Source: Copranaerobaculum intestinale
GTDB taxonomy: Bacteria > Bacillota_I > Bacilli_A > Erysipelotrichales > Erysipelotrichaceae
DNA length: 32,000 bases
NCBI RefSeq assembly: GCF_009831105.1
Contig: NZ_WUUQ01000005.1
Coordinates: forward strand, 1 to 32,000
Direction of reading: 5' to 3'
Below, in pieces: positions 21,858-31,568 of the stretch. The translations under genes and the position numbers were made by a program. Positions within the stretch are counted from its first letter, which is position 1; each line of letters starts with the position of its first letter. The notes beneath the pieces are model-generated. The model did not search any database. It was not told the DNA's origin and saw nothing but the letters and a program-made list of their open reading frames with translations.

Positions 21858-24074
21858 ATGAAGAAAGAAATTGCCGTATGGAAACCAATCAGTATCATTC
21901 TGATAACCATGCTAGTTTTAGCATGCGTTGCAGGTTTTTATATTGATGAAATTAGAAATACCTTATTGGATGATATGAAGAACAATTTGAAGCAGATTGC
22001 TTCATCTACGACTGTTTCCATTCATTCCCGCATTGAAGATCGTATATCCACGCTTGAAAATATTGCCTATATGCTTGAAAATGAGGCTACCTCGGATAAA
22101 ACAAAATTGATGGAAGCCTTGCGGACGGCAAGTGAAAACAGCGATTTTATGAGACTTGGTATCGCCGATCTGGAAGGAAATTGCATCACCAGTGACCATC
22201 AATCTTTTTATATCGGTGACCGTATATATTTTCAAAACGCACTAAAGGGTAAATCTTCTTTTTCCGATACACTGTCTGATAAATTGGCCGGCTTCGATTT
22301 GAATGTCATTGCTGTACCGGTGGTTGAAAATGGAATGATCAGCAATGTTTTATTCGGTGCCAGCAAGACTAATGAACTCGGAGAAGATTTGTTGGTGGAA
22401 ATTTATGACGGAAAAGGTTTTACGGCTATCGGTGATAATGAGGGCAATATCGTTTTGCAGTCCCCAAGCAAAGCCGCAAACAAAAATCTTCATAATTTAT
22501 CACAGCTTAAGTTTGATAATGGTTTTACTGTTGATCAGCTGAAAGAGTTGAAAAGCGGATTGACACAATTTGTATCCTTAAAAGGAGAAGAGCGTTATCT
22601 GGCCTATATGCCGCTGGGAATCAATAACTGGTATGTATACTCAGTTGTACCGGTGTCGGTGGTTACCAGACGAATTCAGAATATTATTTTAATTGCCGCT
22701 TTTACCTGGATCGTAGTTGCACTGGTGCTTTCACTGATTCTTGCATATATCTTTACGATGCGTAAAAAGAATCAGAAAAAGCTAAACGAAGTGATTTTTT
22801 TCGACGATGTGACAAGCCATTATAATTTCAATCAGTTTCGGGTATTGGCAGAACAAATCTTTACCAGCAAAAATGCGGATTCCTATACAATGATTGAGTT
22901 TGATATAAGTAATTTTAAGCTTGTTAATGAGTTGTACGGATATGCAGTCGGCAATCAGCTGCTGAAAATCACTATGGATATGTGTGAACAGGACTGTCAG
23001 GCAAATGAATACTGTGCTCGTAATTCTGCCGATCATTTTATCCTGCTTTGGAAAATGCATGAACAGGATGCGGTACGTCAGCGCTATCATGCGTTAATCC
23101 AGTCTATTCAAAAGAAAGCACACCGTGAAAACGATTATTTGACCTTGGAATTCCACGGCGGCATCTATCTGCTTCACGGAAATGAAAACAGCTTCTCGAA
23201 ATGTCATGATCGCTGTGTCTATGCAAAATCACAAATTCGTGACAGCAAGACGGAAGCTTATGCATTCTTCTCAGAGCGCATGTATGAGAATATGCTGCGG
23301 CATAACCGGATGGAAGCCTCGATTAAGAAGGCATTTGACAACGAAGAATTTAAAGTATATCTGCAGCCGCGAATTACCCTGGATGATCAGCGGGTTCACA
23401 GTGCGGAAGCACTAGTCCGCTGGGATTCGCCGGAATATGGGATGCTTCTGCCGGGAGAAATTATTCCGCTGCTTGAGAATCGCGGTTCTTTGGAAGAGCT
23501 GGATATGTATATGCTAGACCATGTCTGTCAGATCCTGAAAAAATGGATCGAAGCAGATAAAGCAATCCGAATTTCATTCAATGTTTCCCGTACGTATATT
23601 TTTAAACCGGGATTTGTCCAACGTGTGCTCCAGATCATCGATCATTATGGGATCAATCATGAATATATCGAAATAGAAATCACGGAGAGCGTTATCTTTG
23701 ACCGCAGTGACGCATTATACTCGATTGTAAAGGAGCTGCAGGATAATGGACTTTACATTTCCATGGATGATTTCGGAAGCGGCTATTCATCCTTGAATAT
23801 GTTAAAGGATATCCCGATCAATACGATTAAATTGGATCAGGTGTTCTTTAAAACCGATGCAATCAATGCTCAGCGGGCGAAAGCTATCATCTCCGGAATT
23901 TTGAATTTAACTCATACATTGAACATACACAGTGTTGCAGAAGGAATTGAAAATGAAAGTGATATGAAGTTTCTTCAGCGTATGGGCTGTGATGAAATTC
24001 AAGGCTACTATTATTCAAGACCGCTGTCCGTTTCCGACTTTGAATCCTATATGGATGCGTTCAATAAGAAGTAA
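21858..24074 (+). CDS. Membrane sensor protein: periplasmic Cache-like domain, TM segment, degenerate GGDEF domain and intact EAL domain (c-di-GMP phosphodiesterase)
   Basis: Two TM segments flank a sensor domain of about 250 aa. The GGDEF position reads RNSADHF. The EAL motifs are AEALVRW, DDFGSGYSSL, EGIE and QGYYYSRP. Confidence 0.85.
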   Translation: MKKEIAVWKPISIILITMLVLACVAGFYIDEIRNTLLDDMKNNLKQIASSTTVSIHSRIEDRISTLENIAYMLENEATSDKTKLMEALRTASENSDFMRLGIADLEGNCITSDHQSFYIGDRIYFQNALKGKSSFSDTLSDKLAGFDLNVIAVPVVENGMISNVLFGASKTNELGEDLLVEIYDGKGFTAIGDNEGNIVLQSPSKAANKNLHNLSQLKFDNGFTVDQLKELKSGLTQFVSLKGEERYLAYMPLGINNWYVYSVVPVSVVTRRIQNIILIAAFTWIVVALVLSLILAYIFTMRKKNQKKLNEVIFFDDVTSHYNFNQFRVLAEQIFTSKNADSYTMIEFDISNFKLVNELYGYAVGNQLLKITMDMCEQDCQANEYCARNSADHFILLWKMHEQDAVRQRYHALIQSIQKKAHRENDYLTLEFHGGIYLLHGNENSFSKCHDRCVYAKSQIRDSKTEAYAFFSERMYENMLRHNRMEASIKKAFDNEEFKVYLQPRITLDDQRVHSAEALVRWDSPEYGMLLPGEIIPLLENRGSLEELDMYMLDHVCQILKKWIEADKAIRISFNVSRTYIFKPGFVQRVLQIIDHYGINHEYIEIEITESVIFDRSDALYSIVKELQDNGLYISMDDFGSGYSSLNMLKDIPINTIKLDQVFFKTDAINAQRAKAIISGILNLTHTLNIHSVAEGIENESDMKFLQRMGCDEIQGYYYSRPLSVSDFESYMDAFNKK

Positions 24075-24164
24075 TATGTGACTTATAAGATTAAAATATG
24101 CTTATAAGTCTTTTTTTTACATAGAAGCTTAAATCCTCAGCATACTGATATTGAGGTGACAATA

Positions 24165-24617
24165 ATGGAAAATCAATATGAAGAAATATTGGAAGCATTG
24201 AATCAATTATTAAAGGGAACACACATGGGTGCTTTTGTTTTTGAAGATCTGGCTGAGAAAATATCTTCACATGAGCTGCATACAGAGTTCCGGGAAATTC
24301 TGAAAACACTCAAGCATCATGAGGAAATCTTAACGCACCATATTGAACGGCTGCATGGGGATCCGGCGGATTCTGCCGGGATCAAAGGAACGATTACTGA
24401 TTTCATGGAAATGATGAAAAACATGCTGATCGTTACCGATGTTGAAGTGATCGAAGAAGCAACCAAGTCGATTGAAATGGCGATTAAGGCAGTGAATGAC
24501 TTTGAAGATAAACATTTTACATTGGATGGCGAGCTTCAAAAGGAGATTCAGATTATCAAGGATGATTATAGTGCGATCTACCATGCATTGCACAAATTTT
24601 TGATGGAGTACAAATAG
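24165..24617 (+). CDS. Ferritin-like four-helix-bundle protein (DUF2383-like); family assignment tentative
   Basis: The 150-aa helical, acidic product has His/Glu-rich segments (HELHTEFREILKTLKHHEEILTHHIERLHGD). The ATG at 24165 follows a TGAGGTG RBS. Confidence 0.5.
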   Translation: MENQYEEILEALNQLLKGTHMGAFVFEDLAEKISSHELHTEFREILKTLKHHEEILTHHIERLHGDPADSAGIKGTITDFMEMMKNMLIVTDVEVIEEATKSIEMAIKAVNDFEDKHFTLDGELQKEIQIIKDDYSAIYHALHKFLMEYK

Positions 24618-24671
24618 TTCTGACGTTTCCCTGCTTTCTAGTGTATAATGAAGCAGAAAGTAGGTGAAAGA

Positions 24672-25892
24672 ATGAATGTAACAGAACGTTTTTTGAAGTA
24701 TGTAAGCATTGATACAGAATCAGATCCAAATTCTGAAACAACTCCTTCTACTGCGAAGCAGCTGAATTTGGCAAATGTGCTTGTCGAGGAAATGAAGGCG
24801 CTTGGCATTGAGGATGCCCATGTAGACCGATATGGAGTTGTCTACGGAACTATTCCAGGTGATGCGAAAGCTGAAACCATTGGTTTTGTAGCACATATGG
24901 ATACATCACCGGATTTGACCGGAGCGAATGTAAATCCCCGCATCATTAAGAATTATGATGGGAAACCGATTGTTTTAAATGAAGCTAAGCAAATTATTAT
25001 GGATCCAAAGGATTTCCCTTCTCTGCACGAAAATGTTGGTGAAGATTTGATCGTGACTGATGGTACTACCTTGTTGGGCGGTGATGATAAAGCCGGTGTT
25101 GCTGAAATCATGGTCATGGCAGAAGCTTTAATGAGCCAGCCGCGAAGTGCTCATGGCACAGTAAAGATTGCCTTTACTCCTGACGAGGAGGTAGGCCGTG
25201 GTGCTGATAATTTTGATATCAAGGGCTTTGGTGCAGAATATGCGTACACGGTTGACGGCGGAGATATCCGCGATGTCAATTATGAGAATTTCAATGCGGC
25301 CGCAGCGGTGGTAAAAATTCATGGTTTAAGTATTCATCCGGGGGCAGCAAAGAATAAAATGCTGAACTCTCAGCTGATCGCAATGGAATTCAATGCCTTA
25401 CTGCCAGTGCATGAAGATCCTGCATGTACCGAAGGTTATGAAGGGTTTCATCACTTAACCAATATTCATGGTGTATGTGAAGAAACTACTCTGCAGTATA
25501 TTATCCGCAATCATAATGAGGAGATTTTTGAACGGCAAAAACAACAGTTTATGAATGCGGCAGCTTATCTGAATAAGAAGTATCCGGAAGGAACCGTAGA
25601 ATGTACGATTACTCATTCTTACACCAATATGCGTTCCTATATCGAAAAGGATATGCGCGTGATCGATACGGTTAAGCAGGCGATTCAGGATTTGGGAATG
25701 ACCCCGATCAGTACTCCGATTCGCGGAGGAACTGACGGTGCCCGTCTGACCTACGATGGACTGCCTTGTCCAAACATCGGAACCGGCGGCTATAACTGCC
25801 ATGGAAAATTTGAGTATGTTTCTATTCCGCGAATGGAAAAAATCGTTGAGCTGCTGTTAAGAATAGTCGAAAATATTTCCACTCATGCGTAA
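24672..25892 (+). CDS. pepT: Peptidase T (tripeptide aminopeptidase, M20B)
   Basis: MNVTERFLKYVSIDTESD..., HMDTSPD, GGDDKAGVAEIM, TPDEEVGRGA and GGTDGARL are collinear with PepT. Confidence 0.9.
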   Translation: MNVTERFLKYVSIDTESDPNSETTPSTAKQLNLANVLVEEMKALGIEDAHVDRYGVVYGTIPGDAKAETIGFVAHMDTSPDLTGANVNPRIIKNYDGKPIVLNEAKQIIMDPKDFPSLHENVGEDLIVTDGTTLLGGDDKAGVAEIMVMAEALMSQPRSAHGTVKIAFTPDEEVGRGADNFDIKGFGAEYAYTVDGGDIRDVNYENFNAAAAVVKIHGLSIHPGAAKNKMLNSQLIAMEFNALLPVHEDPACTEGYEGFHHLTNIHGVCEETTLQYIIRNHNEEIFERQKQQFMNAAAYLNKKYPEGTVECTITHSYTNMRSYIEKDMRVIDTVKQAIQDLGMTPISTPIRGGTDGARLTYDGLPCPNIGTGGYNCHGKFEYVSIPRMEKIVELLLRIVENISTHA

Positions 25893-25894
25893 AA

Positions 25895-25918
25895 AAGAGG
25901 ATAAGCATCCTCTTTTTT
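25895..25918 (+). terminator. Rho-independent terminator after pepT
   Basis: AAGAGGAT pairs with ATCCTCTT around a 4-nt loop, followed by a T-run. Confidence 0.8.
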
Positions 25919-25984
25919 AATTGTATCATGTATAAGCAATGTGAGTCGTGATGAATGCATAGATAGAAATGAACGTACATCCAT

Positions 25985-26626
25985 TTATTTGATTGTTAAG
26001 CCGAATAGCCGCGCGATGTCGACAGCCTGATCTGAGGATACTGTTAACCCCTTTACATTATCAATGGTAATCATGATTTCCTCGATCGTGCAGGTCATCC
26101 AATTGACACCGCTCAGCGCAGCATTGATAAATTCACACTTATTGAGATTGCAGTTTTCAAAAGCAGTTTTTTTAAATTCACAGCCATTGAAGCCGCCGCT
26201 GTTGAAATCATCATCCAGCATCATTACCTGCTTGAATTTAGAAAAGGAAAAATTAATATATTTTCCGATATTCTTAATGAAGGAGGTGTTGTGAATCACA
26301 CAGTCGCTGAAGTCGCTGCCGGTCATGCGGCACTGTTCGAATTGGCAACGATGAATACTGCCTTCACTACAGTCAATATTAGAGAAATCACAGTGATCGA
26401 ATACGCAGTCCAGCATATCGATATGGGGAAAATGACATTCTGAAAAGATCACATTGTGGAAATAGCAACTATCAAAATGGATGCGATCAACTTCTGCTGT
26501 TTCGATAAAATCCCCTTCAAAGGAGACATTTGAGATATATTCTTCCTGATTCATAATTTTTTTCAGATCCCCTGCTTCCAGCAGTTCTTTATGAAGGCGC
26601 GGTTTTTCCAGTCCTTTTTCACTCAT
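25985..26626 (-). CDS. Pentapeptide-repeat protein
   Basis: Repeated A(D/N)LxF-type units run through most of the sequence (FDSCYFHNVIFSECHFPHIDMLDCVFDHCDFSNIDCSEGSIHRCQFEQCRMTGSDFSDCV...). The start is taken at the MSEKGLEKP methionine, 51 nt inside the track ORF and downstream of an AAAGGAAA RBS. Confidence 0.75.
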   Translation of the reverse strand: MSEKGLEKPRLHKELLEAGDLKKIMNQEEYISNVSFEGDFIETAEVDRIHFDSCYFHNVIFSECHFPHIDMLDCVFDHCDFSNIDCSEGSIHRCQFEQCRMTGSDFSDCVIHNTSFIKNIGKYINFSFSKFKQVMMLDDDFNSGGFNGCEFKKTAFENCNLNKCEFINAALSGVNWMTCTIEEIMITIDNVKGLTVSSDQAVDIARLFGLTIK

Positions 26627-26696
26627 TGTGCATTTCCTTTCCATTTGCATCATGTTACCTGAAACGATTATAATCATTATAGCAGAAAGTGAGTGG

Positions 26697-26930
26697 ATGT
26701 ATATGCTGAATGAGATTGATATTCACGGCTATACGGTTGCCGAAGCAAAGCAACAGTTGGATCGTTATTTGGATCAGCTTCCTTTATCAATTCATGAAAT
26801 AACTGTTATTCATGGGTTTCAGCGGGGAACCGTGCTCCAGCAGTTTGTACGTAAAAATTATCGGCATCCGCGATTGGTACGGACGATGCTGAGCATGAAT
26901 AAGGGACAGACGACTTTATTATTAAAATAA
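26697..26930 (+). CDS. Smr-domain protein (small MutS-related nuclease domain)
   Basis: IDIHGYTVAEAKQQLDRYLD...ITVIHGFQRGTVLQQFVRKNY fits the Smr pattern (D-x-H-G ... H-G-x-G). The start may be 26697 or 26703. Confidence 0.7.
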   Translation: MYMLNEIDIHGYTVAEAKQQLDRYLDQLPLSIHEITVIHGFQRGTVLQQFVRKNYRHPRLVRTMLSMNKGQTTLLLK

Positions 26931-27000
26931 CTGTTTTTGCTGAACAATTCACAGGGTTGTATTGTATACTATAACTACACGTAAAAAAGGATGTGATAAC

Positions 27001-29151
27001 ATGGTGGATTCTATTATCGAACCCATCGCTGAGCAGCTGCACATCAGGCCGGCTCAGGTCAAGCAGACATTAGCGCTGCTGGAAGAAGGAAATACGGTGC
27101 CGTTTATTGCCAGGTATCGCAAAGAGATGACAAAGGGACTGGACGAGGAAGCAATACGAGTGATTCAGGAACAGTATGACTATCAGGTAAATCTGGCTAA
27201 GCGAAAGGAAGATGTCCTGCGGTTGATCGAACAGCAGGGAAAACTGACGGATGAAATCCGCAGCGATGTGGCAGCCTGTGACAAGCTGTCGCAGGTAGAA
27301 GATATCTATCGCCCGTATCAGCAAAAGCGCAAAACTCGGGCAACTGATGCTGTTGCGAAAGGGCTGCAGCCGCTTGCCGAATGGCTTTTGAATCTGCCAA
27401 TGCATGGAAATGTTGAAAAGGAAGCTTTGAAGTATATAAGTGATTTGGTTCCTGCAACGGCTGAAGCAATACAAGGGGCAAAAGACATTATTGCGGAAAA
27501 AGTAAGCGATGATCCGAAAGTTCGTGAAAAAATACGTCGTTCGGTAGAAAACTATGGCCGTATCGTAACCAAAGCAAAAAAGAATCATGCGGATGAACAG
27601 CGCGTCTATAAAATGTATTATGATTATGCAGAGCGGGTATCCACTTTGGCAACCCATCGTATTATGGCGATTGACAGGGCTGAAAAGGAAAAGGTTATCA
27701 CAGTTTCATTCGACTATGATAAAGAGTATCAGCTGGAATGGTGCTATCGCCGCTATACTCATAAACGTCCGAGCATTGCCGATCCTTATATCCGTGAAGC
27801 AGTTGAAGACGGCTTGAAGCGTCTTGCTTTTCCGGGCGTTGAGCGAGCGGTTCGCAATGAATTAAGTGAAAAGGCGCATGCATCCTCCATTGAAGTATTT
27901 TCCATGAATTTGGAGCGTCTGCTGCTGCAGCCGCCGATGAAAAATAAAATGATCTTAGGATTGGATCCGGCCTATCGTACCGGCTGTAAGCTTGCAGTGA
28001 TTGATGAAACCGGTAAAATGCTGGAAATATCAGTGATTTATCCGCATAAGCCGATCAATAAGCAAGCAGAGGCCAAGGCGATTACACTGAAGCTGCTGCA
28101 AAAGTACCCAATCGATATTATTGCGATTGGCAATGGAACGGCCAGCCGCGAAAGTGAAGCCTTCATAGCAGAGTTAATTCAAGAAAATCACCTTTCTGTT
28201 AGCTATACGATGGTATCAGAGGCAGGTGCGAGTGTATATTCGGCATCTAAGCTGGCTCGTGATGAATTTCCTGATCTGCAGGTCGAGCAGCGGAGCGCCG
28301 TATCGATCGCCCGACGGATTCAGGATCCGCTCGCAGAGCTTATCAAAATTGATCCGCAGTCAATCGGCGTGGGGCAGTATCAGCATGATCTGCCGGTCTC
28401 TCAGTTGTCTTCTCGGCTGGATTTTGTTGTATCCAAGGCTGTTAATCGGGTTGGTGTTAATATCAATACTGCCAGTGTTGAACTGCTGAAAAATGTATCA
28501 GGACTGAATCAATCCACGGCAAAGTCGATTGTATCCTATCGCAACGAGCATGGCCGGATCACCGATCGAAAAGAAATTAAGAAGATTTCAAAAATCGGAG
28601 CGAAATCCTTTGAACAGTCAGCGGGCTTCTTACGCATTGAGGATGGCAAAGAAATTCTGGATCGCACCGGGATTCATCCGGAAAGTTATGCATTGGCAAA
28701 AGCGATACTCAGCCGCTTGTCATTGAACACAGCGGATATGGGTACATCAAAAGCGGTTGAGGTAATGAAAGAAATCAAAGTTCAGGAGCTTGCTTCCGCT
28801 TTAAATAGTGATCCGTATACCGTCGCCGATATTTTACAGGCGATTGCGGCGCCGCTGCGTGATTATCGTGAACAGTATGACGGTCCGCTGCTTCGCAGTG
28901 ATGTATTGACCTTGGAAGATTTAAAAATCGGTGATGAAATGGAAGGCGTTGTCCGCAATGTAGTAGATTTCGGCGCGTTTGTCGATATCGGCTTAAAGGA
29001 TGATGGTTTGATTCATGTATCCAAGATGAGCAAAAAACGGATATCACACCCCAGCGATATTGTTTCTATCGGAGATATTGTCAAAGTGTGGGTATGTAAC
29101 ATTGATGAGGAAAAACACAAGGTGCAGCTTTCGCTGCTTCCGCTTCACTAA
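27001..29151 (+). CDS. tex: Tex-like transcription accessory protein (YqgF/RuvC-like, HhH and C-terminal S1 domains)
   Basis: The N-terminus has VPFIARYRKEMT, followed by GLDPAYRTGCKLAVIDETGK, IAIGNGTASRE and QSIGVGQYQHD. The C-terminal S1 domain reads EGVVRNVVDFGAFVDIG...GLIHVSKM. Confidence 0.9.
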   Translation: MVDSIIEPIAEQLHIRPAQVKQTLALLEEGNTVPFIARYRKEMTKGLDEEAIRVIQEQYDYQVNLAKRKEDVLRLIEQQGKLTDEIRSDVAACDKLSQVEDIYRPYQQKRKTRATDAVAKGLQPLAEWLLNLPMHGNVEKEALKYISDLVPATAEAIQGAKDIIAEKVSDDPKVREKIRRSVENYGRIVTKAKKNHADEQRVYKMYYDYAERVSTLATHRIMAIDRAEKEKVITVSFDYDKEYQLEWCYRRYTHKRPSIADPYIREAVEDGLKRLAFPGVERAVRNELSEKAHASSIEVFSMNLERLLLQPPMKNKMILGLDPAYRTGCKLAVIDETGKMLEISVIYPHKPINKQAEAKAITLKLLQKYPIDIIAIGNGTASRESEAFIAELIQENHLSVSYTMVSEAGASVYSASKLARDEFPDLQVEQRSAVSIARRIQDPLAELIKIDPQSIGVGQYQHDLPVSQLSSRLDFVVSKAVNRVGVNINTASVELLKNVSGLNQSTAKSIVSYRNEHGRITDRKEIKKISKIGAKSFEQSAGFLRIEDGKEILDRTGIHPESYALAKAILSRLSLNTADMGTSKAVEVMKEIKVQELASALNSDPYTVADILQAIAAPLRDYREQYDGPLLRSDVLTLEDLKIGDEMEGVVRNVVDFGAFVDIGLKDDGLIHVSKMSKKRISHPSDIVSIGDIVKVWVCNIDEEKHKVQLSLLPLH

Positions 29152-29266
29152 GCAATATACACTTGTATCTAATAGGAATAGAATCAAAAATTCAAGCTTC
29201 CGTTATCGGAATTTCCCGGATATTCGTGTATAATAGGTTTATGTATATTACAAAAAGGAGGGTATT

Positions 29267-30085
29267 ATGGAAACAGCAGCATCTTTGCATGAAAAAGCAA
29301 CGAATATTCGCAAGAATATCGTGAAGATGGTTACAAAAGCGAAATCGGGACATCCGGGCGGTTCCTTATCATCCGCTGATATTCTGAGTGTTCTGTATTT
29401 TAATGAGATGGATATCACCGCAGAAAATGTGGATTCCATCGATCGCGACCGATTTGTTTTATCAAAGGGACACGCATCACCATTGTTGTATGCGACTTTG
29501 TGTGAGAAAGGATTCTTGGATGAAGCTGATCTGGATACATTTCGGCAAATTGATTCCAAGCTTCAAGGGCACCCGAATATGAATTATGTGAAGGGTGTTG
29601 ATATGTCTACCGGCTCACTTGGTCAGGGCATCAGCTGCGCTGTTGGAATGGCGTTATCGAACAAGGTGAAGGGTAACGACCATCGGGTTTATACCCTGGT
29701 TGGCGATGGTGAAAGTGAAGAAGGACAGGTATGGGAAGCGGCGATGGCGGCTGCTCAGTACAAACTGGACAATTTGGTAGCCATTATTGATTTCAATGGT
29801 CTGCAAATTGATGGTGATATAACGGCGGTTATGAATCCGACTCCATTGGATAAAAAATTTGAAGCGTTCAACTGGCATGTTATTGTCATTGACGGTCATG
29901 ATTATGAACAAATACTTGATGCATTCAAGGAAGCACGTGAAACTAAAGGCAAGCCGACCATGATCCTGGCGAAAACCATTAAAGGAAAAGGGGTTTCCTT
30001 TATGGAAAACAATTATGCATGGCATGGCAGCGCACCGAGTGAAGAACAGTGTGCGCAGGCACTGAAAGAATTGGATGGTGAGTAG
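29267..30085 (+). CDS. Transketolase, N-terminal (thiamine-diphosphate-binding) subunit of a split enzyme
   Basis: It contains SGHPGGSLS, LSKGHASPLLYA, LQGHP, GSLGQGIS and GDGESEEGQVWEA. Confidence 0.9.
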   Translation: METAASLHEKATNIRKNIVKMVTKAKSGHPGGSLSSADILSVLYFNEMDITAENVDSIDRDRFVLSKGHASPLLYATLCEKGFLDEADLDTFRQIDSKLQGHPNMNYVKGVDMSTGSLGQGISCAVGMALSNKVKGNDHRVYTLVGDGESEEGQVWEAAMAAAQYKLDNLVAIIDFNGLQIDGDITAVMNPTPLDKKFEAFNWHVIVIDGHDYEQILDAFKEARETKGKPTMILAKTIKGKGVSFMENNYAWHGSAPSEEQCAQALKELDGE

Positions 30086-30086
30086 A

Positions 30087-31016
30087 ATGGGAAAAATAGC
30101 AACCAGAGAAGCCTATGGAAAGGCACTTGCGAAATTAGTTCTGGAGGATGAAAACGTCATTGTCCTGGATGCCGATTTAACGAAATCCACCAAGACGATC
30201 GATGCGAAGAACGCATGTCCTAAACGTCATTTCAATATGGGTATTGCCGAAGGAAATATGATGGCGGTAGCAGCCGGCATGGCAGCGAGCGGTCATGTGG
30301 TGTACGCATCCAGTTTTGCGATGTTCGCGGCCGGACGGGCATTTGAACAAATACGCAATTCTATCTGCTATCCGAAATTGAATGTCAAAGTGTGCGCAAC
30401 ACATGCCGGTTTGACAGTTGGTGAAGATGGTGCGAGCCATCAGGCAATCGAAGATCTGGCAATCATGCGGGCAATTCCGAATATGACGGTCATTCAGCCT
30501 TGTGACGGTGCGGAAACCGAAGCGGTAATCCGCGCTGTTCATGAGTATAACGGCCCTTGTTATGTGCGTTTGGGACGCAGTGCCGTCGAAGATGTTTATG
30601 AATACGGTTTTGATTATCAGATTGGAAAAGGTAATGTCCTGCATGAAGGAAGCAAAGCGGTTATCTTTGCGACCGGCTGTATGGTACAGGCTGCTTTACA
30701 GGCTCAAGCGCTTCTGAAAGAAAAAGGAATTGATCCGACGATTGTAGATATTCACACGATTAAGCCGATTGATGAAGCCTTGATCGTGGAAATGGCTAAA
30801 AAACATGATGCGATCATTACTTGTGAAGAACATAATGTTATCGGTGGATTGGGCAGCGCTGTAAGTGAAGTACTGGTAAGACATGAACCAAAGAAAGTAA
30901 CGATGGTAGGGGTTCAGGATACATTTGGAGAATCCGGCACTCCAGCCGCATTGTTGAAGAAGTATGGTTTGACTGCAGAGGATATAGCTGCAGCAGTAAT
31001 CAGCAGTTTGGCATAA
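30087..31016 (+). CDS. Transketolase, C-terminal (pyrimidine-binding) subunit of a split enzyme
   Basis: It contains FNMGIAEGNMM, GEDGASHQAIEDLAIMRAIPNM and a C-terminal transketolase_C region. The ATG at 30087 lies immediately after the upstream stop. Confidence 0.9.
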   Translation: MGKIATREAYGKALAKLVLEDENVIVLDADLTKSTKTIDAKNACPKRHFNMGIAEGNMMAVAAGMAASGHVVYASSFAMFAAGRAFEQIRNSICYPKLNVKVCATHAGLTVGEDGASHQAIEDLAIMRAIPNMTVIQPCDGAETEAVIRAVHEYNGPCYVRLGRSAVEDVYEYGFDYQIGKGNVLHEGSKAVIFATGCMVQAALQAQALLKEKGIDPTIVDIHTIKPIDEALIVEMAKKHDAIITCEEHNVIGGLGSAVSEVLVRHEPKKVTMVGVQDTFGESGTPAALLKKYGLTAEDIAAAVISSLA

Positions 31017-31039
31017 TTTTTAAATGAGATAAAAAGCTT

Positions 31040-31070
31040 GAGGAGAAGGATAAAACGTTCTCCTCTTTTT
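31040..31070 (+). terminator. Rho-independent terminator after the transketolase genes
   Basis: GAGGAGAA (31040-31047) pairs with TTCTCCTC (31058-31065), followed by TTTTT. Confidence 0.75.
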
Positions 31071-31287
31071 ATATGATGAGAATGAATTTTACAATTATCT
31101 AATCTATGAATGATTTATAAAAAAACTTCGGCCTTCCCTGGTTAGAAGTGATCAAATTTGCTTTACTCATCGCAATATCAATTTCATGGTATAATTCTGC
31201 TTTTTTTAAGGAAATTCAAAGCTATTCCAAATTGTAATTTTATGGGATATCGCATATAATCATTACATATATACAGGAGGAATGGAT

Positions 31288-31557
31288 ATGAGAGCAGTCA
31301 TCAGTGTGATTGGAAAAGATATGACCGGAATTTTGGCAAAGGTAAGTACGGAATGTGCGAATGCGAATGCCAATGTAATAGAGGTATCCCAGACTATTTT
31401 GCAGGAAATGTTTGCAATGGTAATGCTGGTCGATATTGATAAGTTGAATCAGGAACTAACGGATTTTGCGGATCACATGGAGCGGACAGGCAAGGCAATG
31501 GGTATGGTCATTCATGTCATGCATGAAGATATTTTCCAGGCCATGCATCGTATTTAG
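31288..31557 (+). CDS. ACT-domain protein (UPF0237 family)
   Basis: [20 protein letters not shown]...[10 protein letters not shown] is typical of the small ACT proteins found upstream of UPF0210 genes. An AGGAGG RBS sits 7 nt before the ATG at 31288. Confidence 0.8.
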   Translation: MRAVISVIGKDMTGILAKVSTECANANANVIEVSQTILQEMFAMVMLVDIDKLNQELTDFADHMERTGKAMGMVIHVMHEDIFQAMHRI

Positions 31558-31568
31558 GAGCATTTATC

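Noticed and set aside
27070-27657. 195-aa minus-strand ORF inside tex, plus similar antisense ORFs (e.g. 27197..27481, 28775..29047, 29654..30025, 30177..30644, 15484..15810, 25455..25802, 22782..23090)
   Set aside because: All lie fully inside strongly supported genes on the opposite strand. They lack an RBS and have skewed low-complexity composition. These are typical shadow ORFs.
29267-31016. Split transketolase as a disrupted gene
   Set aside because: Two-subunit transketolases with adjacent N- and C-terminal genes are a normal arrangement in many Firmicutes. Both halves are intact with their own start and RBS.
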